Of a stretch of 64,000 nucleotides of DNA, positions 1 through 9,517 are shown piece by piece. The number at the start of each line of letters is the position of its first letter. Positions within the stretch are counted from its first letter, which is position 1. The position numbers and the translations under genes are program-made. The DNA lies in NCBI GenBank assembly GCA_036676395.1, contig JAKFCY010000002.1:1376001-1440000 (forward strand), written 5' to 3'. This stretch comes from Bdellovibrio sp. Its GTDB lineage: Bacteria; Bdellovibrionota; Bdellovibrionia; Bdellovibrionales; Bdellovibrionaceae. The notes beneath the pieces were generated by a model, which saw only the letters and a program-made list of their open reading frames with translations, had not been told where the DNA came from and made no database searches.

Positions 1-735
1 TAAAACCTTCTTAAGATCAATGGCAGCGATAACAACTAAGACTGGTAAAATAGGAAGCGATAGAAGTGAATCTGTCACGCGCATTAAGACCGTGTCGATG
101 ACTCCGCCGTAATAACCAGCCAGCGAACCAATAATTAAACCAATGAGTGCCGATGCAATCGCCACTAAAACACCTACGCCAATTGAAACGCGGGTGCCGT
201 AAACTAAACGCATTAAAACATCGCGACCAAGTTCGTCTGTTCCGAATAAGTGAAAGCTTTTAAAGTTATGAACCATTTTAACAAGCTCAGCTTTTTTACC
301 AGTATCGATGGCCTTGATAGTTTCGATGGCTTTTGCTTCTTCTAAATTAACCCAGTCATATAAAGCATCTTCTGGGCGCACTGGTTGCACAAGATTTTTT
401 TCTAAAAGCGAAGTTTGAATTTTTGCCGCTTCTTCAGGATTTTGACGGACAAAGTTTTGAATCGCTTGTTCACGTGCATCTTGTGGTGCGATGATCTTAG
501 AAAAGGGTGGTTTGTAGCGATTAAAAACGTTTTGCGAGTCTGAATCAGTGCCTGTTGCGTATTCGATCACTGGGGCAAGGATTGCGACCAGCATGAAAAA
601 CACAATCAGATAGGCGCCAAATACAGCGGCCTTGTGTTCTTTAAATTGGGTGTAAACAATTTGAAAAAATGTTTGTGAGGTTTCAATACTTTTAAGTTCA
701 GCCGCCGAAGGTGGCGTATTTACTGTTTCGCTCAT
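1..735 (-). CDS. oppC: Oligopeptide/dipeptide ABC transporter permease (OppC/DppC), 3' end outside window
   Basis: Own translation from ATG at 735: MSETVNTPP...HLFGTDELGRDVLMRLVYGTRVSIGVG...LAGYYGGVIDTVLMRVTD; GTDxLGRD signature of OppC; follows oppB. Confidence 0.9.
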   Translation of the reverse strand, partial: MSETVNTPPSAAELKSIETSQTFFQIVYTQFKEHKAAVFGAYLIVFFMLVAILAPVIEYATGTDSDSQNVFNRYKPPFSKIIAPQDAREQAIQNFVRQNPEEAAKIQTSLLEKNLVQPVRPEDALYDWVNLEEAKAIETIKAIDTGKKAELVKMVHNFKSFHLFGTDELGRDVLMRLVYGTRVSIGVGVLVAIASALIGLIIGSLAGYYGGVIDTVLMRVTDSLLSLPILPVLVVIAAIDLKKVL

Positions 736-748
736 TTTCTTTATCCTC

Positions 749-1720
749 TTACTTGTACGAGATTCTTGGATCTGCAGCGCCGTACAACAAGTCAGCGACT
801 AAGTTCATTAGTAAAACCATAGCAATAGAAATAATAAAACTAATCATGGCCACGTTAAAATCATTACCGATGATTGATGTGTAAATTAAGCGTCCGACAC
901 CCGGGTAGGCAAATAACGACTCAGTGATAAGTGCTCCTGAAAACACCGACGAGAAGCTGATCGCAACGATTGTGATTAACGGGATTAAAGCATTTCTAAA
1001 GCCATGCTTCCAGATCACCACTTGTTCAGACATCCCTTTGGCGCGTGCAGTGCGGATGAAATCGTTTCTCATCGCTTCAACCATGGCTGATCTTGAAAAG
1101 CGCGAAAAACGGCCGATCGATTGAACTGATAGTGATAAAATGGGTAAAATTAAATATTTGGCTTTATCTAATAACTCTTCAAAAATGTTATTATAGTGCA
1201 TACCCGTTGTTTGATAACCACCAGCTGGTAACCAGCCAAGACCTACAGAGAAAATAATAATTAAAACAATACCTAAAAAGAATGAAGGAATCGAGATTCC
1301 CCCGAAATTGAAAATATTAACCAAATAATCCATTTTAGAATTTGGTTTTAAAGCACAGTAGATGCCCAGCGGAATTCCTACCATAATAGCAAAAAGCAGC
1401 GACCCCATTGATAATACAAAAGTCGCTTTAAGTGATGGTCCCATCATCTCGGTTACGGGAATGCGGTAAGTGCGTGAATAACCAAGATCGCCTTTGGCGA
1501 TTTCAGATACCCAGTTAAAATAACGAACATAAGTCGGTTGGTCTAAACCGTAGAAAGCTCTTAAACGAACAACATCTTCTTGAGTGATTTTAGGATTAGC
1601 AGAAATCATTAATTCAATCGGGTCACCCGGCATTAATGTCATCAAGCTAAAGCAAACGTAAGACAAGATAACGATGACCATTAATGTCTGTAGAATGCGG
1701 CGAAGTATGTATGTAGTCAT
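749..1720 (-). CDS. oppB: Oligopeptide ABC transporter permease OppB
   Basis: N-terminal YILRRIL...PGDP, GDLGYS, EAA-like loop FIRTARAKG, FAYPGVG, C-terminal ADPRI. Confidence 0.93.
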   Translation of the reverse strand: MTTYILRRILQTLMVIVILSYVCFSLMTLMPGDPIELMISANPKITQEDVVRLRAFYGLDQPTYVRYFNWVSEIAKGDLGYSRTYRIPVTEMMGPSLKATFVLSMGSLLFAIMVGIPLGIYCALKPNSKMDYLVNIFNFGGISIPSFFLGIVLIIIFSVGLGWLPAGGYQTTGMHYNNIFEELLDKAKYLILPILSLSVQSIGRFSRFSRSAMVEAMRNDFIRTARAKGMSEQVVIWKHGFRNALIPLITIVAISFSSVFSGALITESLFAYPGVGRLIYTSIIGNDFNVAMISFIISIAMVLLMNLVADLLYGAADPRISYK

Positions 1721-1744
1721 CGATCGGTTCCTATATGAGAAAAT

Positions 1745-1778
1745 AAAAAGGACAACCGATGGCTCGGTTATCCTTTTT
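1745..1778 (-). terminator. Stem-loop after oppA (partial terminator or mRNA stabiliser)
   Basis: Minus strand AAAAAGGATAACCGA-GCCA-TCGGTTGTCCTTTTT between the binding-protein gene and the permeases. Confidence 0.75.
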
Positions 1779-1791
1779 GTAATGTATCAAA

Positions 1792-3516
1792 TTACTCTAA
1801 ATTCCAAAGTTCAACTACGTTAGTCTCTGGAAATTGGTGGCCAGTTAAACGGTAACCTTTTAATTGGTTAGGAATAACGGCAACGTCAGAACGGTAGTAT
1901 AAAGGTAAAACCGGCACTTCATCAGTGTAAGCTTTTAAAACTTCATGAACCATTTCAATACGTTTTTCGTTTTTCATTTCTGTATCTAAAGCTTCTAAAG
2001 TTTTATCAACAGCAGCGTTTGACCAACCCATGTAGTTTTGGCCAGACCAACCGTTTTTAGCAGTAGGAATGTTTTTAGAAGAGAAAGTTGATTTAGGTGT
2101 ATTTTCTGGAGAAGAAACCCAGGCAAATAAAGCCATAGAATCAAACGCACGTTTTTTCGTCGTTTCACCGAAGAATACGCGAGCTGGTTCATTTTTAGCA
2201 TTCACTTCGATACCAACTTGTTTCCATTGGTTTTGTAAGTAAACCTGAACTAATTCACGAGTTTTGTTACCCGCAGTAGTCATCACCGTGAAAGATAGGC
2301 GTTTACCGTCTTTAACGCGGATGCCATCAGCACCTGGTTTCCAACCGGCTTCGTCTAATAAACGTTCAGCTTCACGTTTATTGTATTTGTAGATAGTTAC
2401 TTTAGCAGGGTCAGCAGTAAACCATGGATCACGCGGAGTGATAGAGTGGATCGCAGGTTGTTGTTTCCCTTCAAATAACGCGTTTGTTAGATCTTCTTTG
2501 TTGATCGCAAAGTTTAATGCTTTACGAACGCGAACATCTTTTAAGAAAGCGTTATCTAAGTTTAAATCAATGTGCTCATACACAGTCGAAGGTTGGAACA
2601 AGACTTGGTAGCCTAAACCTTCAGATTTGATTTTTTTCTCGAAAGCTAAGGCTTGGTCTAAAGCTAAACCTAAAGTCGAAATTAAATCGATTGTACCTGA
2701 ACGTAGGTTGGCTTCAAGAGTTCCTGTGTTCGGGATAAGTTTAACGATAATTTTTTTGATTTTTGCTTGTTCGCCGTAGAATTTAGGATTCGGAACGAAC
2801 GTAACATGGTCACCTAATTGAATTTCAGAAATTAAGTAAGGACCATTGAAAAGGCCAACGTTAGTTGGATCTTTAGAATATAAAGAGTTCTTTTCGTAAC
2901 CTTCTTTTTGAGTGCCGTGTTTTTTAAATACAGCTTCTTCTAAGGCTTTAGGAAGCGGGTAGAATGTACCCATCATGTAGAAATCCCATTTAGCTTTGTC
3001 ATATGTGAATAAGCATTTTTTAGGGTTTTTATCTACTAGTTCGATTTTTTCAACTTGAGTGTAAACTTCTTTTTCGCCTACGCCAACGTTAGGAGAAGAA
3101 GCGATTTTAACTGCTAAGGCGAAATCATCACAAACAACCGGAGTGCCGTCGCCCCAAACTGCATTGTCTAATAACTCCCAAGTAGCTTGCAATTTTTCTT
3201 TGCCGCCAACTTTGATCACTTTTGCTGTGCCGTTTTCGATTGAAGGGATAGATTTCGCTAATTGCGGAACCCATTTGCCGTCAGCATCGATAACTACTAA
3301 AGTTCTGTTAACCATACGTTGCATATAAGTTGTTGCCAACATTGATGCGATTAATGGATTAAAGTTTTCGAACTCTTGCGAGATACCGATTTTTAATTCG
3401 TTGTTTGTAAGCTTTGCTTCGCCTTGAGCTTGTACGTCCGCTGTTTGACCAGCGTCTTTTTTAGTACAAGCAGCAACTAACATTGCTACTACTAAAAGAC
3501 CCGTTAAATTTTTCAT
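1792..3516 (-). CDS. oppA: Peptide ABC transporter substrate-binding lipoprotein (family 5)
   Basis: Lipobox LVAAC; GPY, DVRVRKALNFAINKE, LLDEAGWK...G.RVKDG, QWKQVGI motifs. Confidence 0.92.
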   Translation of the reverse strand: MKNLTGLLVVAMLVAACTKKDAGQTADVQAQGEAKLTNNELKIGISQEFENFNPLIASMLATTYMQRMVNRTLVVIDADGKWVPQLAKSIPSIENGTAKVIKVGGKEKLQATWELLDNAVWGDGTPVVCDDFALAVKIASSPNVGVGEKEVYTQVEKIELVDKNPKKCLFTYDKAKWDFYMMGTFYPLPKALEEAVFKKHGTQKEGYEKNSLYSKDPTNVGLFNGPYLISEIQLGDHVTFVPNPKFYGEQAKIKKIIVKLIPNTGTLEANLRSGTIDLISTLGLALDQALAFEKKIKSEGLGYQVLFQPSTVYEHIDLNLDNAFLKDVRVRKALNFAINKEDLTNALFEGKQQPAIHSITPRDPWFTADPAKVTIYKYNKREAERLLDEAGWKPGADGIRVKDGKRLSFTVMTTAGNKTRELVQVYLQNQWKQVGIEVNAKNEPARVFFGETTKKRAFDSMALFAWVSSPENTPKSTFSSKNIPTAKNGWSGQNYMGWSNAAVDKTLEALDTEMKNEKRIEMVHEVLKAYTDEVPVLPLYYRSDVAVIPNQLKGYRLTGHQFPETNVVELWNLE

Positions 3517-4523
3517 GACAACTCCTTTTGTGTCGTTGAATTTAGTTTATAATGGCATGCAGCTTGGTGGCCGATTTCTCCTGTCAGCTCAGGTCTATCC
3601 GTAACACATTTATCCTGTTTATAAGGGCAACGTGGATGGAAAGAACAACCCGATGGCGGATTAATCGGCGATGGAATTTCGCCGGTTAAAATTTTGGCCA
3701 TTTTCTTTTTACCGGTGCCGATAGATGGAATAGATCCAAGTAAGGCATGAGTGTAGGGATGGTGCGGGTTTTTAAATAACTCTTCGCGTGTTGTTAATTC
3801 AACGATACGGCCTAAGTACATCACCGCTACGCGGTCACAAACATGCTCGATCACTGACAAATCATGCGAAATAAAAATATAAGTTAAACCTAAGCGCTCT
3901 TGTAAATCTTTAAGCAGATTTAAAATCTGTGCCTGAATTGAAACGTCTAAGGCCGAAACCGGTTCATCACAGATAATTAATTTTGGATCTAAGGCGATGG
4001 CCCGCGCGATCGAAATACGTTGGCGTTGGCCGCCAGAGAATTCATGCGGGTAGCGATTGATGTGTGATGGGCGCAAACCCACAAGTTCTAATAATTGCTG
4101 AACGCGTGCTGTGCGCTCTTTAGGGCCTAAGATATTGTGAATCACGAAGGGTTGTTCGATAATTTGACCAACAGTCATGCGTGGATCTAAAGACGCATAA
4201 GGATCTTGAAAGATCATTTGAATGTCTTTGCGGGCTGCACGTAAATCTTTACCAGAAGCATCTAAAAAGTTTTTATGTTCAAATTCGATTTGGCCGGCAG
4301 TTGGTTCGTAGAGACGAATCAGTGTTCTGCCTAAAGTTGATTTGCCGCAGCCTGATTCGCCAACTAAACCTAAAGTTTCACCTTTGCGAACTGTTAAGCT
4401 TACATCGTCGACAGCTTTTACATCCGCCACGTGACGCAAAAAGAATCCCTTTTTTATAGGAAAATATTTTTTGATATTTTTTGCGACTAAAATGTTTTCT
4501 GAAAGCTTTGAATCACTCATCAT
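3513..4523 (-). CDS. oppF: Oligopeptide ABC transporter ATP-binding protein
   Basis: Walker [27 protein letters not shown]-terminal [11 protein letters not shown]; the ATG at 4520 is an alternative start. Confidence 0.93.
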   Translation of the reverse strand: MMSDSKLSENILVAKNIKKYFPIKKGFFLRHVADVKAVDDVSLTVRKGETLGLVGESGCGKSTLGRTLIRLYEPTAGQIEFEHKNFLDASGKDLRAARKDIQMIFQDPYASLDPRMTVGQIIEQPFVIHNILGPKERTARVQQLLELVGLRPSHINRYPHEFSGGQRQRISIARAIALDPKLIICDEPVSALDVSIQAQILNLLKDLQERLGLTYIFISHDLSVIEHVCDRVAVMYLGRIVELTTREELFKNPHHPYTHALLGSIPSIGTGKKKMAKILTGEIPSPINPPSGCSFHPRCPYKQDKCVTDRPELTGEIGHQAACHYKLNSTTQKELS

Positions 4524-4529
4524 AGTCTC

Positions 4530-5525
4530 CTATTGTGGTACTGGGTTAAAGCACGCAACTGATTGTTCGCGGCCACTTGAGTTTGTAAATGGAAGCATTG
4601 GCGGTTTGTTCGTCCAGCATTCAGTTTTTACACGGGCGCAACGAGTTGCGAACGGGCAGCCACTCGGTAATTCATGCGGTGCCGGAACCGAGCCTTCAAT
4701 TGTTTTTAAACGTTTTGAATGCGTGCCAATGCGTGGACGAGATTCGATTAATGCAGCAGTGTAGGGGTGACGCGGAGAAGTTAATACATCTTGGGTATTC
4801 CCTTTTTCGCACATTTGACCGCCATACATCACTAACACATTATCTGACACTTCAGAAATAACACCCAGATCATGAGTGATAAACTGAACTGACATATTCA
4901 TTTTTTCTTGTAAGCTTTGGAATAATTCTAAAATTTGCGCCTGAATCGTTACATCGAGAGCTGTTGTAGGTTCATCGGCAATCAACATAACCGGGTTGCA
5001 TGATAAAGCCATAGCGATCATCGCGCGCTGGCGCATACCACCTGATAAATGATGAGGGTATGAAGTATAACGTTCAGCTGCCGATGGAATGCCCACTAAT
5101 TGCAGCATTTCGATCGCACGGTCACGAGAATCTTTAGCGTTTAATTTTAAATGTTTTTGGATTTGTTCATCCATTTGATAACCGATGGTTAACACTGGAT
5201 TTAAAGCGGTCATAGGTTCTTGAAAAATCATCGCCATTTTTCCGCCGCGGATGGCTTCCATTTGTTGTGGCGTTTGTTTAACCAGATCAACGCTTCCCAT
5301 ACCTGGAGCTGTTAAAATAGCAGAACCGTGAGTGATTTTTCCTGGTGTGGCTACGAGTTGCATTAATGAAAAAGAAGTTACGGATTTACCGCAACCAGAT
5401 TCGCCAACGATACCTAAAGTTTCGCCTTTGCCGATATCATAAGAAATACGGTTAACCGCGTGAAATGGGCCGGTTTTTAAAAAAAATGTGGTCTCAAGTT
5501 CGCGAACTTTTAAAACGGGTTCCAA
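4530..5525 (-). CDS. oppD: Oligopeptide ABC transporter ATP-binding protein
   Basis: [27 protein letters not shown]-terminal Cys cluster; TTG start with GAGGGA RBS. Confidence 0.93.
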   Translation of the reverse strand: MEPVLKVRELETTFFLKTGPFHAVNRISYDIGKGETLGIVGESGCGKSVTSFSLMQLVATPGKITHGSAILTAPGMGSVDLVKQTPQQMEAIRGGKMAMIFQEPMTALNPVLTIGYQMDEQIQKHLKLNAKDSRDRAIEMLQLVGIPSAAERYTSYPHHLSGGMRQRAMIAMALSCNPVMLIADEPTTALDVTIQAQILELFQSLQEKMNMSVQFITHDLGVISEVSDNVLVMYGGQMCEKGNTQDVLTSPRHPYTAALIESRPRIGTHSKRLKTIEGSVPAPHELPSGCPFATRCARVKTECWTNKPPMLPFTNSSGREQSVACFNPVPQ

Positions 5526-5546
5526 TGCGCTATTCCCTCATTGTTA

Positions 5547-5578
5547 AACAAGAAGTACCTATAAAGGGACTTCTTGTT
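5547..5578 (-). terminator. Inverted repeat between sohB and oppD
   Basis: AACAAGAAGT-ACCTATAAAGGG-ACTTCTTGTT, 10-bp perfect arms. Confidence 0.5.
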
Positions 5579-5657
5579 GTGCTTTTAGTACATTAACTCC
5601 AGCTATAAATAAAGCAGCCATGACGTTAATGCGTAGCAGAATCAGTTGTTTCACTGA

Positions 5658-6686
5658 TTAAGCTCTTGTCTCTAGGCTTTGTTTTTTAGCAGCAAAATGA
5701 CTAATTAGTTTGTCGATAGTTAAAGAAACACTTTTACTTAAGGCGCCTGAAATCTTGTCAGACAGGCTTGGTTTTTTCTCGCAAGAAACTTTTAAAACTT
5801 TGTGAGTTTTAGTTTTGTTCAAGATGTAATCATCGCTTGTTTGAATTTTATCAACTAAGTTTAATTCCAAAGCAGTTTGACCATACCAGTATTCGCCCGT
5901 GGCCACTTTTTCCATGTCTAATTGCGGGCGGTATTTGCCTACAAAGCCTTTAAATAGAAGGTGAGTGATCTCAAGCTGTTCGCGAAATTTAGCTTCACCT
6001 TTTTCAGTGATTTCGCCAAAGATGCTGACGGTGCGTTTGTAGTCTCCGGCTGTGTATTCTTTGTATTCAACATCGTGTTTTTTAAGCAGTCGGTTGAAGT
6101 TCGGAACTTGAGCGACAACGCCGATTGAGCCGATGATCGCAAAAGGGGATGCAATGATTTTATGAGCTACACAAGACATCAGGTAGCCACCGCTGGCCGC
6201 CACTTTGTCTACACAGACAGTCACTTGTAAGCCAGCTTCACGCAGGCGCAAAATTTGAGCGGCTGCTAAGCCATAGCCGTGCACGACGCCGCCGGGGCTT
6301 TCGATACGTAAGATCACTTCGTCGTCTTTTTGTGCCACAGTTAACACAGCATTGATTTCTTCTTTTAAATGTTCAACCGAAGAGGCTTCGACGTCGCCTT
6401 TAAGAAAGTCGATTAAGTAACTGTATTTTTTTGGATTTTTATCTTCTTCTTTAGCTTCTTTTTTTAAGCGCTTTTTTTCTTTTTTAAAATCGGCATCTGT
6501 CAGGATGATTGAATTTAAAGCTTCTTTTTGTTCATCGATTTTGTCGTTGATGATTTCAACTTCAAAAGCTTTGGCCATTTTTGTTTTAACTGCGGCGCCG
6601 GCAATTGTTAAAATTACGGCTACGATCGCTAAAACTATAATCAGTGTTTGTCCGAAGAATAAACCTAATTGCTGAAGAATTTCCAT
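5658..6686 (-). CDS. sohB: S49-family inner-membrane protease SohB
   Basis: ESPGG, VAASGGY, IGSIGV, TAGDYKRT, VATGEYW motifs; start set at the ATG at 6686 (AAGGA RBS). Confidence 0.92.
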   Translation of the reverse strand: MEILQQLGLFFGQTLIIVLAIVAVILTIAGAAVKTKMAKAFEVEIINDKIDEQKEALNSIILTDADFKKEKKRLKKEAKEEDKNPKKYSYLIDFLKGDVEASSVEHLKEEINAVLTVAQKDDEVILRIESPGGVVHGYGLAAAQILRLREAGLQVTVCVDKVAASGGYLMSCVAHKIIASPFAIIGSIGVVAQVPNFNRLLKKHDVEYKEYTAGDYKRTVSIFGEITEKGEAKFREQLEITHLLFKGFVGKYRPQLDMEKVATGEYWYGQTALELNLVDKIQTSDDYILNKTKTHKVLKVSCEKKPSLSDKISGALSKSVSLTIDKLISHFAAKKQSLETRA

Positions 6687-6835
6687 AAAGTTCCTTTGCC
6701 TGATTCTCAATTTCATTGAGGCTGATGCGAAAAGTTACTGTAAAACTGAACCAAGATAAAGACAAAAGTCGGGAAATGACGTGAAATTATGCGAGATATG
6801 ACGCTAAGTTTTAGTAAATATGAGATAAATATGGG

Positions 6836-7591
6836 GTGAGATATTTGCTCTTACTTCTTAGCTGTATAATTTTTAGTATGAAATGCTTGGCCTACGATCA
6901 GGAATTAGCTGATCGTTTAAAGGAAGAGCTTCAGCATGAAACCAATCGCCGCAAAGCTTATACAGAATTTCAAGACGAAAAGAAAAAAACTGAAAAAGAA
7001 CAAAATAAAGGTTTAGCTCTCTGGATTGAAGAGCAAGAGCAATGGGATTCAACCCGTGAAAAATCTGTTTTCGAATACAAAAAAAATAAACGTCCAACGC
7101 CACAAGAATTTTCTAAAGAGTACTATGCTGACTTGGCTGAAAAAGAACGCGGTCAGCGTGTTGTTGAAGAAGGTCGCAAACAACACATTCAAATTAAGAA
7201 AAATATCATCGCGCAATATCAGCCCAAAGATGTGGTCAGCGAAGAAGAAGAATTAGCGATTTTTAATCAGCGCCCACGTTATGATTTACGTAAACGTGGC
7301 CGTAATAAATGGACTAAATCTGGCGCAGGCATCGGCGGAGGCCAAAGTGGGGCTTCTTCGGGCGGGTATAATAGCGGCGGTTTTCAGGGCGGCGGTGATA
7401 GTTTTGATTTCCCACCACCTCCACCAGCTGATTTCGGTAATGTTCCACAGGATAATTTCGATGATTTTCCGCCACCACCACCTCCGACATCAGATTTTGG
7501 TAATGCGCCAGGAATGTATGATTCGGGTTTTGGTGATGCGCCAATTCCGCCACCACCGCCTCCTCCACCAGAAGGTGGATGGGACTTCTAG
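6836..7591 (+). CDS. Secreted hypothetical protein: coiled coil, Gly/Ser linker and acidic polyproline tail
   Basis: 251-aa ORF, signal-peptide-like N-terminus, three PPPPP tracts. Confidence 0.75.
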   Translation: MRYLLLLLSCIIFSMKCLAYDQELADRLKEELQHETNRRKAYTEFQDEKKKTEKEQNKGLALWIEEQEQWDSTREKSVFEYKKNKRPTPQEFSKEYYADLAEKERGQRVVEEGRKQHIQIKKNIIAQYQPKDVVSEEEELAIFNQRPRYDLRKRGRNKWTKSGAGIGGGQSGASSGGYNSGGFQGGGDSFDFPPPPPADFGNVPQDNFDDFPPPPPPTSDFGNAPGMYDSGFGDAPIPPPPPPPPEGGWDF

Positions 7592-7598
7592 TTAACAG

Positions 7599-8339
7599 CT
7601 AGTTGTTAACTTTGGGTTCGACAACTTCTTTAATAAAAAGATCATTGGTTGTCAGTCCCGTAAGTGCGGTCATTTTTCTGAATGTGTAATATAGAATTGC
7701 GCCTAAAAAGATGATCGACGGGATCAAAATCACTAACAGCGAATACATCGTCATCTGGCCTAACTGTTGATTTAGCAAATCTTGTTTTTGTTCGGTCGTC
7801 AGAGTCTCGGCAAGTGGCGTAAAAATTTTCAATGCCAGAAAAAAGTTTAAAAGTGCACTCATTAAAAATGACAGCGATAACAATTGTGTCGATTTTTGCA
7901 TTAGGTTTTTAAAATCTTGCTCTTTGCTTGTTTCAGTAATTTTTGCCTGAATTTTATCAACATCAAAAGCGGCTGGATTTAAAAATAACGATTCGAAAAA
8001 CGGGCTTTTGCCATAACTAGAAAATAAAACAAACACGCCGATCAGCAGAGGAAAAAGTGCTTCTTTAACGGCAAACCAAATTCCACCCAGAGCCATTAAT
8101 GATAAGGTTCCTGAAATTAAAATATTCAATAAACCTAAAAGTGAAATAAAATCCATTTTTTTATTTTTAAAAATAGAATAAATCCCTGAACACAGCGGCA
8201 GGGCTAATGCTAAAACAAGTGCGTTGGCTGGGGTTAAGCCCCATTTGCTGCCTTTATTTAAAATATAAACCGGTAAAATAATATTTACCAAGATATGTGA
8301 AAAGCCTGTGTTGGTGCTAGATTTTGCTTTGGTTGCCAT
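7599..8339 (-). CDS. VC0807-family integral membrane protein
   Basis: Multiple TM segments; NIILP..IL.K, ALVLALALP, WFAVKEA.FP pattern. Confidence 0.7.
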   Translation of the reverse strand: MATKAKSSTNTGFSHILVNIILPVYILNKGSKWGLTPANALVLALALPLCSGIYSIFKNKKMDFISLLGLLNILISGTLSLMALGGIWFAVKEALFPLLIGVFVLFSSYGKSPFFESLFLNPAAFDVDKIQAKITETSKEQDFKNLMQKSTQLLSLSFLMSALLNFFLALKIFTPLAETLTTEQKQDLLNQQLGQMTMYSLLVILIPSIIFLGAILYYTFRKMTALTGLTTNDLFIKEVVEPKVNN

Positions 8340-8477
8340 AGGATGACGATTGTCATCTGATCATTGATTTAACGTCAATGACTTAAAATAATTCTGCTTT
8401 TATTTTAAGCTTTACGCGCTACGAGATTGCAAAGCGTGAAAGGTCGAGATTCAATTGTGGCATAGGAGAGTTTCAAC

Positions 8478-9365
8478 GTGAACACATCAATCAAAGTTTC
8501 TATTTTAGTCTCGGCATTAATGCTAACTGGGTCATGCGCAATGATTCAAAAATTAACTTGTAATACAAATAATGCAAAAAGCTCGGGCGCAAGAGATGCC
8601 ACTAACGGTAACATCAATATGCCAGGGTTAAAGTCAGGCGATTCTTGTGAAGGTGAATACACGGGTTCGCAATTTCAAGCTGACTACCGTCAGGGATTTG
8701 AAGAAAAGAAAAATCAAATTTGTCAAATCGGTGAAATTACTAAAATTACTCAAACCGGTGTTGATGCAGGATTATCAAAAACTGATGTCGAGAAAAAAAT
8801 GGGCGCTTGTGTGACAATGTCATCATACGCTTCGTTAAAAAATAATATGGAACGTGTGTATATGGCAGGGTTTTGTTCGGCAACACGCGCTGAAAAAATC
8901 GGTAATAAACATGGCTCTGATTTAACTGAAAAATCTTTCGAGCCAAGCTTTGCCGGCTGCGAAGCTAAATGGTCAATGTTAAAACCTGCTTACGACCAAG
9001 CTTATAACAAAGCTTCAGTTCAGGCACATAAAAACAAACAAGATCTTTTCGTAAAAAACACGGGCACTTCAACTTTTATTTTAGATCAGAAAAATCTTTC
9101 TGCGAGCTGTATTATTCCTGTCGACCAGTCGATGGTTAAAGTGACTGTGAACAATCCAAACCCGTCACAAACTTTAGTGCAAGGCCAATGGAACTATCAA
9201 TATTTTGATAAAGACTTTGCAAAAATTGCTGATGATTCAGGTGTTGATGCAGTTTTATTGTCGCCGCAATCAAATAAGTCTTTTACAAAAATGACTTTGC
9301 CAAGAAACGCCAGCTTCTGCAGAGCTGAATTTGCGGGTATTGCTCAGGGAACAAATATCAAATAA
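8478..9365 (+). CDS. Cys-rich hypothetical lipoprotein
   Basis: Lipobox LTGSC, AGGAG RBS, GTG start, followed by a terminator. Confidence 0.75.
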   Translation: MNTSIKVSILVSALMLTGSCAMIQKLTCNTNNAKSSGARDATNGNINMPGLKSGDSCEGEYTGSQFQADYRQGFEEKKNQICQIGEITKITQTGVDAGLSKTDVEKKMGACVTMSSYASLKNNMERVYMAGFCSATRAEKIGNKHGSDLTEKSFEPSFAGCEAKWSMLKPAYDQAYNKASVQAHKNKQDLFVKNTGTSTFILDQKNLSASCIIPVDQSMVKVTVNNPNPSQTLVQGQWNYQYFDKDFAKIADDSGVDAVLLSPQSNKSFTKMTLPRNASFCRAEFAGIAQGTNIK

Positions 9366-9404
9366 TTGTTTTCTATTGTTAACAAATTCTCAGATTGAGA
9401 CAGT

Positions 9405-9442
9405 AAAAAGATCGTCAAGATGAAAGTCTTGGCGATTTTTTT
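9405..9442 (+). terminator. Rho-independent terminator
   Basis: AAAAAGATCGTCAAGA-TGAAAG-TCTTGGCGATTTTTTT. Confidence 0.75.
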
Positions 9443-9477
9443 ATTTATATTTCAATTTATGTGATCTGGCCAAGCTG

Positions 9478-9510
9478 TGACTTAAATATTTAAGTCAGTA
9501 AATCCGATAA
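9478..9510 (+). promoter_or_regulatory. Sigma28 (FliA)-type promoter overlapped by a 20-bp palindrome
   Basis: TAAA(9483-86)-N16-TCCGATAA(9503-10), then 7 nt to GTG; palindrome TGACTTAAATATTTAAGTCA at 9478-9497. Confidence 0.65.
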
Positions 9511-9517
9511 GTTAACT

